From an uncultured Halobacteriales archaeon (lineage in GTDB: Archaea; Halobacteriota; Halobacteria; Halobacteriales; PXRE01): 64,000 nucleotides of DNA. Below the pieces are notes generated by a model. The model saw nothing but the letters and a program-made list of their open reading frames with translations. It searched no databases and was not told the DNA's origin. A program made the translations under genes and the position numbers. The stretch covers positions 7,190-71,189 of the forward strand of contig CAYTAG010000001.1 of assembly GCA_964435625.1 (NCBI GenBank), in the 5' to 3' direction. Below, piece by piece: positions 32,920 to 42,370 of this stretch; within the stretch, counting starts at the first letter, position 1, and every line of letters starts with the position of its first letter.

Positions 32920-35900
32920 CTACGAGGTGTTCTGCAAACTCGCCAGTTCTGGCCCAACATCTCTCCGAGTGTACGCCGCCAGGCGTTTTTGGGGTTCACG
33001 AACGCCGAGGAACGCCGTCGAATCGGGGGGGTCCGGCGCGTCGACGAGCGCGCGGACGATGGGCAGCAGCGCTGCGATCCAGGGCCACTCATCGACGAGA
33101 TCCTGGACCGGGGGTAATCCATCGCGATCAGCGTAGAAGCACCGGCCGACCGGGTGCTCGGGATCGACGATCTCCTGGACATCGTCGACGAGGCGCTCGG
33201 CCATCTCCCAGAGGACCTGCGGCGCCGTCGCCAGGTCGTCGACGACCCACCACGGGAGTGCGACGTCCAGGACGTCCTCGTCGTCGCGCTCGACGCGCTC
33301 GGCCTCGACGTGATCCACGGGCAGCGCCAGCCGGTACTGGTAGTCCGTCCGGGGGTGAATCGAATCGACGGCATCCCCGCCGTCGAGGGCGACCAGCAGA
33401 CCCAGCGCGTGGAGTTTGTCCCGCCAGTTGCGGAACGACTGCGCCGAGATTCCGGCCGCGTCGACGAGGTCGGCTTGGCTCATGGACTCCGCAGTCAACA
33501 GGGTCGCGACGATCTGCCGCGGCGTCGACGGCCGACCCGGGAGCAACCGCCGCTCGTCGACGGTGCCCTCCTGGAGCGCCTGGGCGACTGCGCAGCGGAC
33601 CTCGTCGAGACGGAGGCCGCGACTGGACGCCTCCGAGGACAGCCAGTGGAGCGCGTTGATCGCGTCGATCGGAGACGGCAACAGCGCCCGGAGCACGCTC
33701 ACCGCCCGTCGCGACGGCCGGAGCCCGCCCTTGTTCCGGAGTGCCCAGCCCACCAGTTCGGCGTACACCGACCGGGGCACGTGCGACCGCACCGGGATGC
33801 GGGCCGCCAGTTCCGGCGCTCCCTCACGGGGTTCCAGCGGGTTGTCGAGGAGTCGGTCGAGCGGATCCTCCAGGTCCTCAACGCCGGGGCCGACGACCAG
33901 GACCTTCCCCAGCAACCGCGCCCACGTGTTGGGGCCTTCGACCTGAGGTTCCACGGCCCGGTCGACCTTCGACTGATCCTGCTCGTACAGCAACCGGTAC
34001 AGCGGTTGCCCGCCGTACTGTGAGCAGATGCTGGCCTGGATCGCCAGGTTCCGAGCCAGGTCCTCGGCGTCTTCTCCGTCGAAGTCCTGGGCGTACCGCG
34101 GGACCTTGACCACGCGGCAGACCTCGACGCCGGCCAGCCACAGCAACATCTCCATGCTCCCGGCCAGCCCGCTCGCCTTCCGCGTGATCTCGGCCCGGAG
34201 GTCCGCGACGTCCTCCTCGTGATCGCCCTGGCTGAGGCGACGGGTCAGGTCCAGGACTTGCTCGAGGCCGACCGTCAGGGCCTCGCAGAGATCGTCGCGA
34301 TCGTCGATGGTCCGCGAGTCCAACCACCCGACGTTACAGAGGTCCCGCAACAGCGCTGGATCGGAGATGCCGAGGCCGCCCAGGCCATCCCCGGCGGCGC
34401 CGTCGACGCGGGCCGGCGTGAGCACCTTTTCCCAGGTGCGCGGACTCGCCAACGCTCGTGCAATGCTGACCAGATACTGCATCGGATTGTCGTACTCGGC
34501 GGCGACGACCAGAACGTCCTCGTCGTAGTCGTAGCCCCAGCTGGGCTCTCGGCGGTCCGTCTGGACGTCCACCGGGTAGTCGTGGAGCGCAATCCCGCGG
34601 TCCGGCGATAGCGTCCGGTAGACGGTCTCTTCCCGCCGATTCAGATAGTTCACGCTGGCGTAGCCGTCGCCCATGCGGTTCCGCGGCCGGTCGGGCGTGG
34701 CGATCGCCTCGGCCGTCTCCTGTTCGGCATCGGGGGTCGTTCCACTCGAACCGGGGGTTGTCCCCCCCTCCCCCTGCGTCTGCCTGCGTGGGACACGGCT
34801 ATTGTCGATGGATTTTTGGACAGCATCAACGCTCTCGGGGAGGGTGGCCTGCTGGGTCAGATCGGCCACGTAGGCCCGGCCAGCAGGCATCAGACGGACA
34901 CGACGGTCGTGGTCCGGCCCATAGGACTCGATAAGCTCGTGGTCCCTGAGGAGCTTGAGATGGCCTCGAATCGTCTGGTCATCGTGGCCAGGGAACCCCG
35001 AGTAGAGCGCCCGGTAGCTGGCTGTCTCACTGTCGTATGACGCGAGTTTCCGGAGGATGGACACATGGGTCTCGTCGGGATCGAACCGCTGCTGCGCGGT
35101 TCTGACCAGGCTCTCGACGTCCACGGTGCCTGACGGGGGGCTAGTAGTAGGGGCATTGCATTGCTCGCGAACGCCCGGCGGTAACATCTCACGGTGGAGC
35201 TGGGCGAGACGTCGCTGGGTCAGGGTCGTCGCGATAATCGACACGTCGGCGCAGCGAGCGAGCGCGAAGAGCAACCGAAGGGTCTGTCGCCGCTGATCGG
35301 CCCGCCTCTCGAACCAGTCCCGTCGCAGCCGCACGTCCAGGCCGAACGTCGCGTCCCCCGCGTCCAGGACATCCATCAACCCGTCCACGACCTCGAGCCC
35401 GAGGTGGCCGACGATAGTCGGATCAGGCTGTCCGATCCCCGAGACGAGATCGAGTGCGTCCTGATGCCGCTGCAACGCCTCGTACTGTGCCGCGACGGGC
35501 CGGCGCCGTCGGTCGGCAAAGTCCGTTTTGGACACGTCCTCATGCGGTCGATCCAACCCTGTCAGCACCCAGGCGACTGGCGCCCAGGGCCCATCGAGGC
35601 CAGCATCCTCGAGGGCGCGGGCGCGCTCGTGAGACGGCACGTCGGCGAGCGCGGTGCGAACCGCGTCGATCAGCGCGTCCTGGAACTCCGTCGACGTCGC
35701 GATTCGCTTCCAGATTGCCGAGGGAGGTGAGTCGTCTAGGTCGATGGTCCCCTCCGAAATCCGCTGCTGCTGGCGGATCGAAACGGACCCCGCAGCGGAC
35801 CACTCGACCGGTAACTCGTCCGGTTTCTCGGCCGCCCACTCGTCGAGACGCTCGGCGACCTCCTCAGAATACGCCGCCTGCCGCTGCTCAGTCCATCGGA

Positions 35901-36333
35901 ACTCGTTCTGCGCCGCGGACCAGTCGCGTGATCGCTTGAGGTGAGTCTCCGCAGCCTCACTGAACAGCTGCGTATGGTGGGAGTCCTCGGGAACCGCATC
36001 CGCAAAGGCATCCCGTTTCGACGACGACACCTCGACGTCGGCGTCGGGGCCGAGATCATCGAACCGCTCTTCGACGACCTCGGCCTGGGCGGCGTAATCG
36101 TCCATCTCCGCATACCGATCCTCATCCCCCGACCAGATGGATAGGATCCTGCCCCGAAGTTCCGCGGCGCCGTCCCTCTCGTCGTGCTGGGCCAGTGGCC
36201 GAAGCTTCGAGGCGCGGTGCTGCTTCCGGCAATTCGGGCAAGTCAAGCGATCCCGTGTCCGTCGATGCTCCCGCTCAACCAGCCACGGGATGTCGCACCG
36301 CGAACACCCGACGACATCCCAGCCCCCGCTCAT
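32920..36333 (-). CDS. large multi-domain protein with N-terminal zinc ribbon and several wHTH-like segments; function unknown
   Basis: 1137 aa, acidic. CSRCD...CPNC at the N-terminus. HTH-like LSQADLVDAAGISAQSFRNWRDKLHALGLLV. No P-loop seen. Confidence 0.7.
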   Translation of the reverse strand: MSGGWDVVGCSRCDIPWLVEREHRRTRDRLTCPNCRKQHRASKLRPLAQHDERDGAAELRGRILSIWSGDEDRYAEMDDYAAQAEVVEERFDDLGPDADVEVSSSKRDAFADAVPEDSHHTQLFSEAAETHLKRSRDWSAAQNEFRWTEQRQAAYSEEVAERLDEWAAEKPDELPVEWSAAGSVSIRQQQRISEGTIDLDDSPPSAIWKRIATSTEFQDALIDAVRTALADVPSHERARALEDAGLDGPWAPVAWVLTGLDRPHEDVSKTDFADRRRRPVAAQYEALQRHQDALDLVSGIGQPDPTIVGHLGLEVVDGLMDVLDAGDATFGLDVRLRRDWFERRADQRRQTLRLLFALARCADVSIIATTLTQRRLAQLHREMLPPGVREQCNAPTTSPPSGTVDVESLVRTAQQRFDPDETHVSILRKLASYDSETASYRALYSGFPGHDDQTIRGHLKLLRDHELIESYGPDHDRRVRLMPAGRAYVADLTQQATLPESVDAVQKSIDNSRVPRRQTQGEGGTTPGSSGTTPDAEQETAEAIATPDRPRNRMGDGYASVNYLNRREETVYRTLSPDRGIALHDYPVDVQTDRREPSWGYDYDEDVLVVAAEYDNPMQYLVSIARALASPRTWEKVLTPARVDGAAGDGLGGLGISDPALLRDLCNVGWLDSRTIDDRDDLCEALTVGLEQVLDLTRRLSQGDHEEDVADLRAEITRKASGLAGSMEMLLWLAGVEVCRVVKVPRYAQDFDGEDAEDLARNLAIQASICSQYGGQPLYRLLYEQDQSKVDRAVEPQVEGPNTWARLLGKVLVVGPGVEDLEDPLDRLLDNPLEPREGAPELAARIPVRSHVPRSVYAELVGWALRNKGGLRPSRRAVSVLRALLPSPIDAINALHWLSSEASSRGLRLDEVRCAVAQALQEGTVDERRLLPGRPSTPRQIVATLLTAESMSQADLVDAAGISAQSFRNWRDKLHALGLLVALDGGDAVDSIHPRTDYQYRLALPVDHVEAERVERDDEDVLDVALPWWVVDDLATAPQVLWEMAERLVDDVQEIVDPEHPVGRCFYADRDGLPPVQDLVDEWPWIAALLPIVRALVDAPDPPDSTAFLGVREPQKRLAAYTRRDVGPELASLQNTS

Positions 36334-36679
36334 GGATCAACCACCGGGAAGATCCCCTGCTGAAGCGGGATCGAGCCGCTGCTATCCACGGTCACCCCGG
36401 GGGTCAGGCCCCGGATCCCGGCTTCTCGACTCCTAAATTGGCTCATGGGCGCAGCCCCGCGCCTGGTCGCCAGCGTGCGGGTCGCGCTGCCCGAACCGGA
36501 TCGCCCGCGAGAACCGCAGAGACGCCACTCTCGGCGGTGGGCAATCTTTATGTGCTCGGAGGGAGAACCAGAGGATGTCCAATCGCCCGGTTCTCCGCGA
36601 CGTTGTGTCCCTAGCTTGCGCTCTGTCGTTTCTTCGGAGGGCCTTATAAATCTCCGTCTGACGAATGACGTATAGTTGA

Positions 36680-36735
36680 CATCCCCCAACTCGCGGCCCC
36701 CGGCGCGAACACAGGCCGGGATGGAGTTGGGGATG
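36680..36735 (-). terminator. nested hairpin downstream of the 34-gene operon
   Basis: CATCCCCCAACTC ... GAGTTGGGGATG arms enclose an inner CCCGGC...GCCGGG stem, directly after the stop at 36753. Confidence 0.4.
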
Positions 36736-36752
36736 CACATAGGTCTGGGAAG

Positions 36753-37367
36753 TTAGTCTGTGGCCGACCACTCGTCGAGCGTCGTCTGGCCGGTCGCGTC
36801 CGGCCGGCCAGCCTCGTCGACGGCGCCGCTCGACGAGCAGGACGGATCAGCATCGCCGGCGTCGCCGTCGAAAACGGTCGCGGCGCCGTTGCCCGTCGGC
36901 CCTAGATCTCGCCCGGGCGCGTCGCGATGGTCGACCGCAGGCTCGCCGCAGGTCCCGCAGCGGAGGCCGGCGCCCGGGCCGTCCGGGATGATCGGCGCGT
37001 CGCAGTCGTCACACCAGGGGATCTCCTCGTCGAGGTCGCTGGCCTGGGCGTCGAGCGCGTCCCGGAGGACCTCGACGTCGTAGTCGACGGCCTGCTCGCC
37101 GCGGACGTCCGGGGCCGCGACGTCGACGCCGGCCATCTCGGCGGCCCGCTCGATGGCGGCCTCGTAGTGGTGGACGCAGGTCAGGACCTCGGCGCCGGCG
37201 ACGTCGACGCTGATCCTGGATGCGTGGCCGCAGAAGCCGTCGACGGCCAGCGCCACGCGGTCGAACTGGTCGTCGTCGGGGTCCGGGACCGTCCCACAGG
37301 GCGGGCTCGTCCGGGGCGGGAGCGTGCTGATTGTCGGGACGGCCGCCTCCGACGGCGCCTCAGACAT
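36753..37367 (-). CDS. hypothetical Cys-containing acidic protein
   Basis: Start set at the internal Met (MSEAPSE), preceded by GGAGGGT. CDDC...CGTCG. Confidence 0.55.
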   Translation of the reverse strand: MSEAPSEAAVPTISTLPPRTSPPCGTVPDPDDDQFDRVALAVDGFCGHASRISVDVAGAEVLTCVHHYEAAIERAAEMAGVDVAAPDVRGEQAVDYDVEVLRDALDAQASDLDEEIPWCDDCDAPIIPDGPGAGLRCGTCGEPAVDHRDAPGRDLGPTGNGAATVFDGDAGDADPSCSSSGAVDEAGRPDATGQTTLDEWSATD

Positions 37368-37560
37368 CGGTGGACCCTCCATCACAGCCGATGCCTGTGT
37401 GTAGGTCGCGGCGATCACACCAGGTATCGGTGCAAATCCAAGCCTCGCCGGTCTTGATGAAAGCCCGCGAGCCGTCGCGCCCTACGGATGTTAGTACCTG
37501 ACGCCCTCCGCAGTCGGGACAGTCCCTCTCGTCACCGAGTGAGCGGTCAGTACTGTTCAT
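37360..37560 (-). CDS. small zinc-ribbon protein
   Basis: CPDCGG...CTDTWC. Internal Met gives an ATGA overlap. Confidence 0.5.
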   Translation of the reverse strand: MNSTDRSLGDERDCPDCGGRQVLTSVGRDGSRAFIKTGEAWICTDTWCDRRDLHTGIGCDGGSTDV

Positions 37561-37784
37561 GACTCGCTCACCCGCCATCCATCAGCAGGTTGCTGGTATC
37601 CTCCCTCGTACCCGCAGTGAGGACACGGCCGACCACCGCAGAGGCACGCCCGATTGCAACAGTCCGGACACACGTGGTGACCGACACCGCGCTCGACGAA
37701 CTCCTGGGGTGGGTGGGAGAGCCCGCGCTCGTTGCGGTACGGTTCATCTGCCGTGTCAAACCTGTTAGCAGTGTCCTCAGACAT
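37557..37784 (-). CDS. small Cys-rich zinc-finger protein
   Basis: CPDCCNRACLCGGRPCPHCG. Confidence 0.5.
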   Translation of the reverse strand: MSEDTANRFDTADEPYRNERGLSHPPQEFVERGVGHHVCPDCCNRACLCGGRPCPHCGYEGGYQQPADGWRVSES

Positions 37785-38571
37785 CTGCCGGCCCCCCTGG
37801 ATGCCCACCGAACGTGGTGAGATCTGGCTGAAGACAGTCCGGCTTCGGGATGTCGAGGACGTCGATGGGCGCGTGATGGAGGAGCCAGTAAACGTACTCC
37901 TTCGGGACCGCCGACCGGACGCCCTGCTTGCCCCACTCGGCGGGGACGCCTTTCGCGTCGGCCAGGGCTTGCACGGACTGCTCGTCGCGGGTGTCTATCG
38001 AAATCTCCGGCGTGCCCGGGGCAACGGCGTTCGGGCACTCGAATGAGGTCTGGAAATGGCGTTCGAGGTCGTAGGGCTGACCGAAGGCCAACCCGTTCAA
38101 TCGCACGTCCGGGTCGAGGTCCCCGACCCGCGTGGCCCCGGGGACGTTCTCGATGATCCAGTGGCGCGACCACTGCCGATAGTGGACGTCGACGACGCGG
38201 CTTCGATGCAGGTAGCGAAGACCTGCCTCAAGGGCCGCTTCGCGCGACCCGTAGTGGATCGGTGCGAGGGACGTGTACGGCGAGCAGGGCGGACTCGCCC
38301 AGATGAGATCCGCGAACGGCGCCCCGATGGGCGGCCGAGTCATGTCCGCCTGGACGAAGTGCCCAGGGTACGTGTCGGACCGATCCACGATGTCGAACCC
38401 GATGAGGTTGATGTCCTGGTCCAGCTGAGCGAGCGCGTGGCCGACGCCGCCATGGCCGCAGAACAGATCGAGGACGAGCGGCGTCTCCGGATCGTCGAAG
38501 ATGTTGTCCTGGATCGGCGGGCGGACCACCTCCGATCCCCCACCACCGCCCACAGACGCGTCACTCGCCAT
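37777..38571 (-). CDS. DNA (cytosine-5) methyltransferase
   Basis: Motif I LDLFCGHGG, motif IV SPPCSPYT, motif VI IIENVPG. Internal Met of track ORF 37777..38703. Confidence 0.85.
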   Translation of the reverse strand: MASDASVGGGGGSEVVRPPIQDNIFDDPETPLVLDLFCGHGGVGHALAQLDQDINLIGFDIVDRSDTYPGHFVQADMTRPPIGAPFADLIWASPPCSPYTSLAPIHYGSREAALEAGLRYLHRSRVVDVHYRQWSRHWIIENVPGATRVGDLDPDVRLNGLAFGQPYDLERHFQTSFECPNAVAPGTPEISIDTRDEQSVQALADAKGVPAEWGKQGVRSAVPKEYVYWLLHHAPIDVLDIPKPDCLQPDLTTFGGHPGGPADV

Positions 38572-38839
38572 CGTCACCCTCCTCGACAGGCCGCCGGTCG
38601 GCAATCTCGACGTGGCCGTAGAGTTCGCACGTCGGGCACTGCACCGGCCCGCAACAGTCCCCGCACTGTCCGGCCATGGCGTCACAGTCCCTGCTGAAGA
38701 CATGGACCCGGCCGCGGGCCGTCTTGACCTCCGTCCGCACCGGGTACTCGTCGGCCCACTGGCCGCCGCAGTTCCCGCACGCGTACTCGACCTCGAACGC
38801 GGGGGGCGCGCTGGCAGCCTCGCCGTTGGTCGGCGTCAC
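38561..38839 (-). CDS. zinc-ribbon protein
   Basis: CGNCGG...CGDCCGPVQCPTC. Confidence 0.6.
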   Translation of the reverse strand: MTPTNGEAASAPPAFEVEYACGNCGGQWADEYPVRTEVKTARGRVHVFSRDCDAMAGQCGDCCGPVQCPTCELYGHVEIADRRPVEEGDDGE

Positions 38840-39045
38840 GTCGAATCCCCTCCGAACGGCCTCCGAAGCGTTAACAGGGCAGCAACGATCACGGCCACGG
38901 CGGCCACATCCCGGCTCCGCAGAAGGAACCGGATGCCGGCGTACAGGACCCCGAGTAGGTACCAGACCGAGCGGTCGGGGGTCTGCTGGGAGTGGTCGGC
39001 AGTGCGGTCCGGTCGTCGGTTAGAGTCGTTCCGTGTGCTGGTCAT
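38836..39045 (-). CDS. small membrane protein
   Basis: 69 aa, two hydrophobic helices. Confidence 0.5.
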   Translation of the reverse strand: MTSTRNDSNRRPDRTADHSQQTPDRSVWYLLGVLYAGIRFLLRSRDVAAVAVIVAALLTLRRPFGGDST

Positions 39046-39362
39046 GCGTTCTCACTCTCCGTGTGCTGGTCGGCCTGGTCGCCGTCGAACTCGTCGAGAA
39101 GGCGATGGAGTCCGTCGTCCGCCTCCAACCAGTCCTGGATCTCTGGTCGCGTCATCGGCCGGGGCAACGGCACGTACTGGACCGGTTCCGCCGCGATGGC
39201 CGGCCCATCCGACTTCTCGGACCACTGCTCCCGGGCGTCGTGGCGGCCAAACCAGATCCGGCCCTTCCCGGACACCTCCGGCCCCTGCATGATGGTGAGC
39301 CAATCCCAGGAGTCGGCGTCGGGCTCCGCTGCGTCGGCGGCCTCCGGGGACCGCTCAGGCAT
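39042..39362 (-). CDS. hypothetical acidic protein
   Basis: Start at the Met preceded by GGAGGTGG. Confidence 0.5.
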   Translation of the reverse strand: MPERSPEAADAAEPDADSWDWLTIMQGPEVSGKGRIWFGRHDAREQWSEKSDGPAIAAEPVQYVPLPRPMTRPEIQDWLEADDGLHRLLDEFDGDQADQHTESENA

Positions 39363-40449
39363 CCGTACCACCTCCCTGATAGGCGTCGAGGCCGGCCTGC
39401 TGGTCGGGAAGGTCCGGGTACGGCTCCCGGTACGCGGGCCCGTCCCCGATGGTCTCCGGCGTCGGGCGGCGCCGCCAGGCTTTGGCCCAGGCCCGCTCGG
39501 CGGGAGAGCCCTGCTCGGTCAGGCGCTCGTCCGGCCAGAGGTGGACCCGCTGGCCGAGGTCGGCGCCGAGGTCCTGGACGGTCCGCAGGTGGCGGAACGC
39601 GTACTCGATCCAGACGCGGGGGTCCTGGCAGTCCGCCAGCGCCCGGGCCAGATTCACCTGGCCGGCCTCGCGGGCCGCCTCGATGCAGCCCTCGTAGTTC
39701 GCCCCGCGGGGGTTGATCGGCTCCGTGAACACGACCGTCGGGTCGAGGCGGTCCTGGAGCGTCGCCAGCAGGCGCCGGAGGTCCTCCCGGTCCTGGGTCG
39801 GGTACGTGGGCGACATCGAGACGTAGACCGGGACGCCGGCGTCGGCCAACCGCTCCAGGCCGCGCAGGCGGCGCTCGACGGTCGGGGCGCCCGGTTCCAG
39901 CGCCCGGACGGCGGCCTCGTCGAGCGCGGGGATCGAGGCGCCGACCGTCACGAGGTCGCGCTCGGCCAGCGCGGCCAGGAACTCGGCATCCCGCTCAGCG
40001 GCCAGGTGCGGCTTGCGGGTGAGGATGCGGACCGGGCGCCAATGGCCCGCCAGCACCATCACCGCTGCGCGGGTAACCGCCGCGACGGCGGGCGTCTGGT
40101 ACGGGTCCGTGGAGATGCTCATATGGACGACGCCCTGGCCGCGCCGCGTGCAGGGCCACTCCCGGTCGTCGGCCAGGTACCGCTGGCAGTCCTGGGCGAG
40201 ATGCTGCGGGAGGTCCTCGCGGACGAGCAAGTAGTCGCCCCAGTCGCCGGCCGGGTCCTCGATCCCCGCGTCGTCGAACTTGTCGCCGGGGTCGCCCCAG
40301 ATGGCCGGCATCGACGGCACGAAGCAGAAGCGACAGCCGTGGAGACAGCCGTCCGCGACGTTGACCACCAGGTCGCTCAGGCCCTTCTTGACGAGGTCCG
40401 AGTCCGACAGCGCTGTCGTCGATGGCGAGGTGGTGATCGTCGGCGTCAT
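39355..40449 (-). CDS. radical SAM protein, SplB / DNA-repair-photolyase-like (COG1533 type)
   Basis: CLHGCRFC (CxxxCxxC). ISTDPYQ. TRKPHL...RD. The overall pattern resembles the SPL-like family. Confidence 0.7.
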   Translation of the reverse strand: MTPTITTSPSTTALSDSDLVKKGLSDLVVNVADGCLHGCRFCFVPSMPAIWGDPGDKFDDAGIEDPAGDWGDYLLVREDLPQHLAQDCQRYLADDREWPCTRRGQGVVHMSISTDPYQTPAVAAVTRAAVMVLAGHWRPVRILTRKPHLAAERDAEFLAALAERDLVTVGASIPALDEAAVRALEPGAPTVERRLRGLERLADAGVPVYVSMSPTYPTQDREDLRRLLATLQDRLDPTVVFTEPINPRGANYEGCIEAAREAGQVNLARALADCQDPRVWIEYAFRHLRTVQDLGADLGQRVHLWPDERLTEQGSPAERAWAKAWRRRPTPETIGDGPAYREPYPDLPDQQAGLDAYQGGGTDA

Positions 40450-40892
40450 CGGATCGCCTCCAACAGATCCTCTGCGGTCATTTTTGAGGCGATAAACTGG
40501 CCAACAGCGGCCGGCCGATCCTCAACCACGGCCTCTGCCGTTTGGTAAATCGGAACCGACGTCCGCAGGCCCCCTTGCTCGCACTGAACCTCCCGGGCAG
40601 CCATCTCGACGTCGCAGAGCCCGAGGACCTCGTCATCGGCGAAGACGATGTAAATGCTCTCCAGCCCTTCCGGTGGTTCAGACGGTTCACCATCCCGAAC
40701 AGCCTGCTGGCCGTCGTAGTAGGGTCCTGTCGCGCACACGGCCTCTGCATCGGCGGACAGCATCTCTCGCAGACGGACGGCCTCGGAGCCATCGTAGAAC
40801 GCCGCGAACGGCGTCCAGTCGCCAAAGCCGTCCATCACGACAACGAGATCTGCGCCCCCGTAGTCGCACTCTACCGAGGACGGCTCGCTCAA
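40446..40892 (-). CDS. hypothetical acidic protein
   Basis: 148-aa ORF, 4-nt overlaps at both ends. Confidence 0.55.
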   Translation of the reverse strand: MSEPSSVECDYGGADLVVVMDGFGDWTPFAAFYDGSEAVRLREMLSADAEAVCATGPYYDGQQAVRDGEPSEPPEGLESIYIVFADDEVLGLCDVEMAAREVQCEQGGLRTSVPIYQTAEAVVEDRPAAVGQFIASKMTAEDLLEAIR

Positions 40893-41086
40893 GCCGACTC
40901 ACCCCCCCAGTCGGTTATAATCGCCTGCAGGACGGTCACCGCGAGATAGAAGCCGATCCCCAGGAACGCCGCGAGAGCCAGATGCGACGGCGGCGAATCG
41001 ACGCCGATAACCAGCATCGCCACGAGGCCGGCACCGGCTGCGGCCAGTGGGGACGCTTCATCAAGATACCATCGGAGCCGGCTCAT
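40889..41086 (-). CDS. small membrane protein
   Basis: 65 aa, two TM helices. Confidence 0.5.
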   Translation of the reverse strand: MSRLRWYLDEASPLAAAGAGLVAMLVIGVDSPPSHLALAAFLGIGFYLAVTVLQAIITDWGGESA

Positions 41087-41616
41087 GCAGACCCTCCCTG
41101 GAACTGGTCGAGCGTCGCGTGCTCGGATTGCTGGGTCCCCGAGGACTCCCGTTCGATCTCGTCCGGCGCCGGATGGTGCGCGACGTCGATGTCGGTCTCG
41201 CTAGCGAGGACGTCCGCTAGGAGCCGTCGATGGCACCACAGCGGGTCGCGCTCCCAGCAGATGAGCCACACGTCGTGGCCCGCGTCCGCGCGGTCCAGGA
41301 CGCGCCGCTGGACCTGCTGGAGGACCTGATGCGGCTCCGGTTGCGCCAGATGGTCCCGGTAGCGGCTCTCGAAGTCGACGGTCGCCCAGGCGACCTGCAT
41401 GGGCCGCGCGGCGCCGTCCTCGTCGGCCGCCTCCTCGACCTGCTTCGTCGGGGCCAGGAGGTCCTCGGGCGGGCCCAGCGTCTCCTCGTTCCAGTCCACG
41501 ATTGCGTGGACGAAGTCCCGAGGGCGCCGAACCACGCCGAGGACGAGGTCGTCCGGCGCGGGCTCTGCGACCTCGGACCCCGTCGAGAGGGCGCTGAAGT
41601 ACGAGGTCCGGATCAA
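41083..41616 (-). CDS. DUF488-family protein
   Basis: N-terminal MIRTSYF and the C-terminal signature VWLICWERDPLWCHRRLLADVL. Confidence 0.55.
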   Translation of the reverse strand: MIRTSYFSALSTGSEVAEPAPDDLVLGVVRRPRDFVHAIVDWNEETLGPPEDLLAPTKQVEEAADEDGAARPMQVAWATVDFESRYRDHLAQPEPHQVLQQVQRRVLDRADAGHDVWLICWERDPLWCHRRLLADVLASETDIDVAHHPAPDEIERESSGTQQSEHATLDQFQGGSA

Positions 41617-42047
41617 CGCTGGTCACCCCCGTCATCCCAGGCTTCCAGACACACCCACGAGCAGAACGCCACCTGCCCGTCGTCGGTGCTCCGGTACGTC
41701 CACCCGGGAATCCGGTTCCCGACTGTGATGTTGTACTTCTCGACACCGCATTGCACACACTCCGCCTCGCACACCTGGACCCGACGGAGGTGGGCGTGCG
41801 GACAGTACGGACACGAGACGACGGCATACCCGGTCCAGGCTGTGAACACCCACAGCAGGTTGCCAACCGGAGTCATGGCGAGCAAGAATCCGATGGCAAT
41901 CGCTCCGAGGATCGCCAGCACCAGGACGCTAGTGTCGAACAGCAGGGTGACTGCCGCGAGGGAGCCGCCCGTCAGCAACCCGGACCCGAGTCGAGTGATG
42001 ATCAGGCCTCGTCTCGCGTCCGTCCGGGTATCGAAAGCGGACCCCAT
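41613..42047 (-). CDS. membrane protein with Cys cluster
   Basis: TM helices followed by CPYCPHAH...CEAECVQCG. Confidence 0.55.
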   Translation of the reverse strand: MGSAFDTRTDARRGLIITRLGSGLLTGGSLAAVTLLFDTSVLVLAILGAIAIGFLLAMTPVGNLLWVFTAWTGYAVVSCPYCPHAHLRRVQVCEAECVQCGVEKYNITVGNRIPGWTYRSTDDGQVAFCSWVCLEAWDDGGDQR

Positions 42048-42370
42048 CAGGCGTCACCCCCGTCATCGGTGGGTGATCGGTCGGCCTCACGGACGGCAGG
42101 GGGCGGACCGGACTCGACGCGGCCACGCCAGTAGCCGAGGCCCAGCCACAGGCACAAAGCCAGCAGCGCGGCGACGAAGTCGAAGGCGTCCCCCGTCGCG
42201 GTCGCGCGGACGAAGACGTCCATCAGTAGCGCGATGACGGTAAACACAATCGCCGCCTGTAGCACCGGCGTCGACCGGCCGTCGTTGACTTCCCGATACA
42301 GGCTTTCGACCAGAATCAGGAGTAGGAAGACGCCAAACCCGATGTCATGGGCCTGGAGTTGGAGGATCAT
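42047..42370 (-). CDS. membrane protein
   Basis: 107 aa, three TM helices. Confidence 0.55.
   Translation of the reverse strand: MILQLQAHDIGFGVFLLLILVESLYREVNDGRSTPVLQAAIVFTVIALLMDVFVRATATGDAFDFVAALLALCLWLGLGYWRGRVESGPPPAVREADRSPTDDGGDA

Noticed and set aside
36330-36740. 136-aa minus-strand ORF in the 36.3-36.75 kb spacer
   Set aside because: It is Arg/Gly/Ser-rich and spans the terminator hairpin and the TATA-like box. Only its last 38 codons (ATGA-coupled) are considered, as a possible upstream ORF.
38992-40548. 518-aa plus-strand ORF, and similar long plus-strand ORFs at 48546..49943, 50960..52084, 51648..52640, 55571..56530, 58165..59637 and 60439..61257
   Set aside because: All lie antisense to minus-strand genes that have recognisable motifs or acidic composition. 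All are Arg/Gly/Pro/Val-rich.
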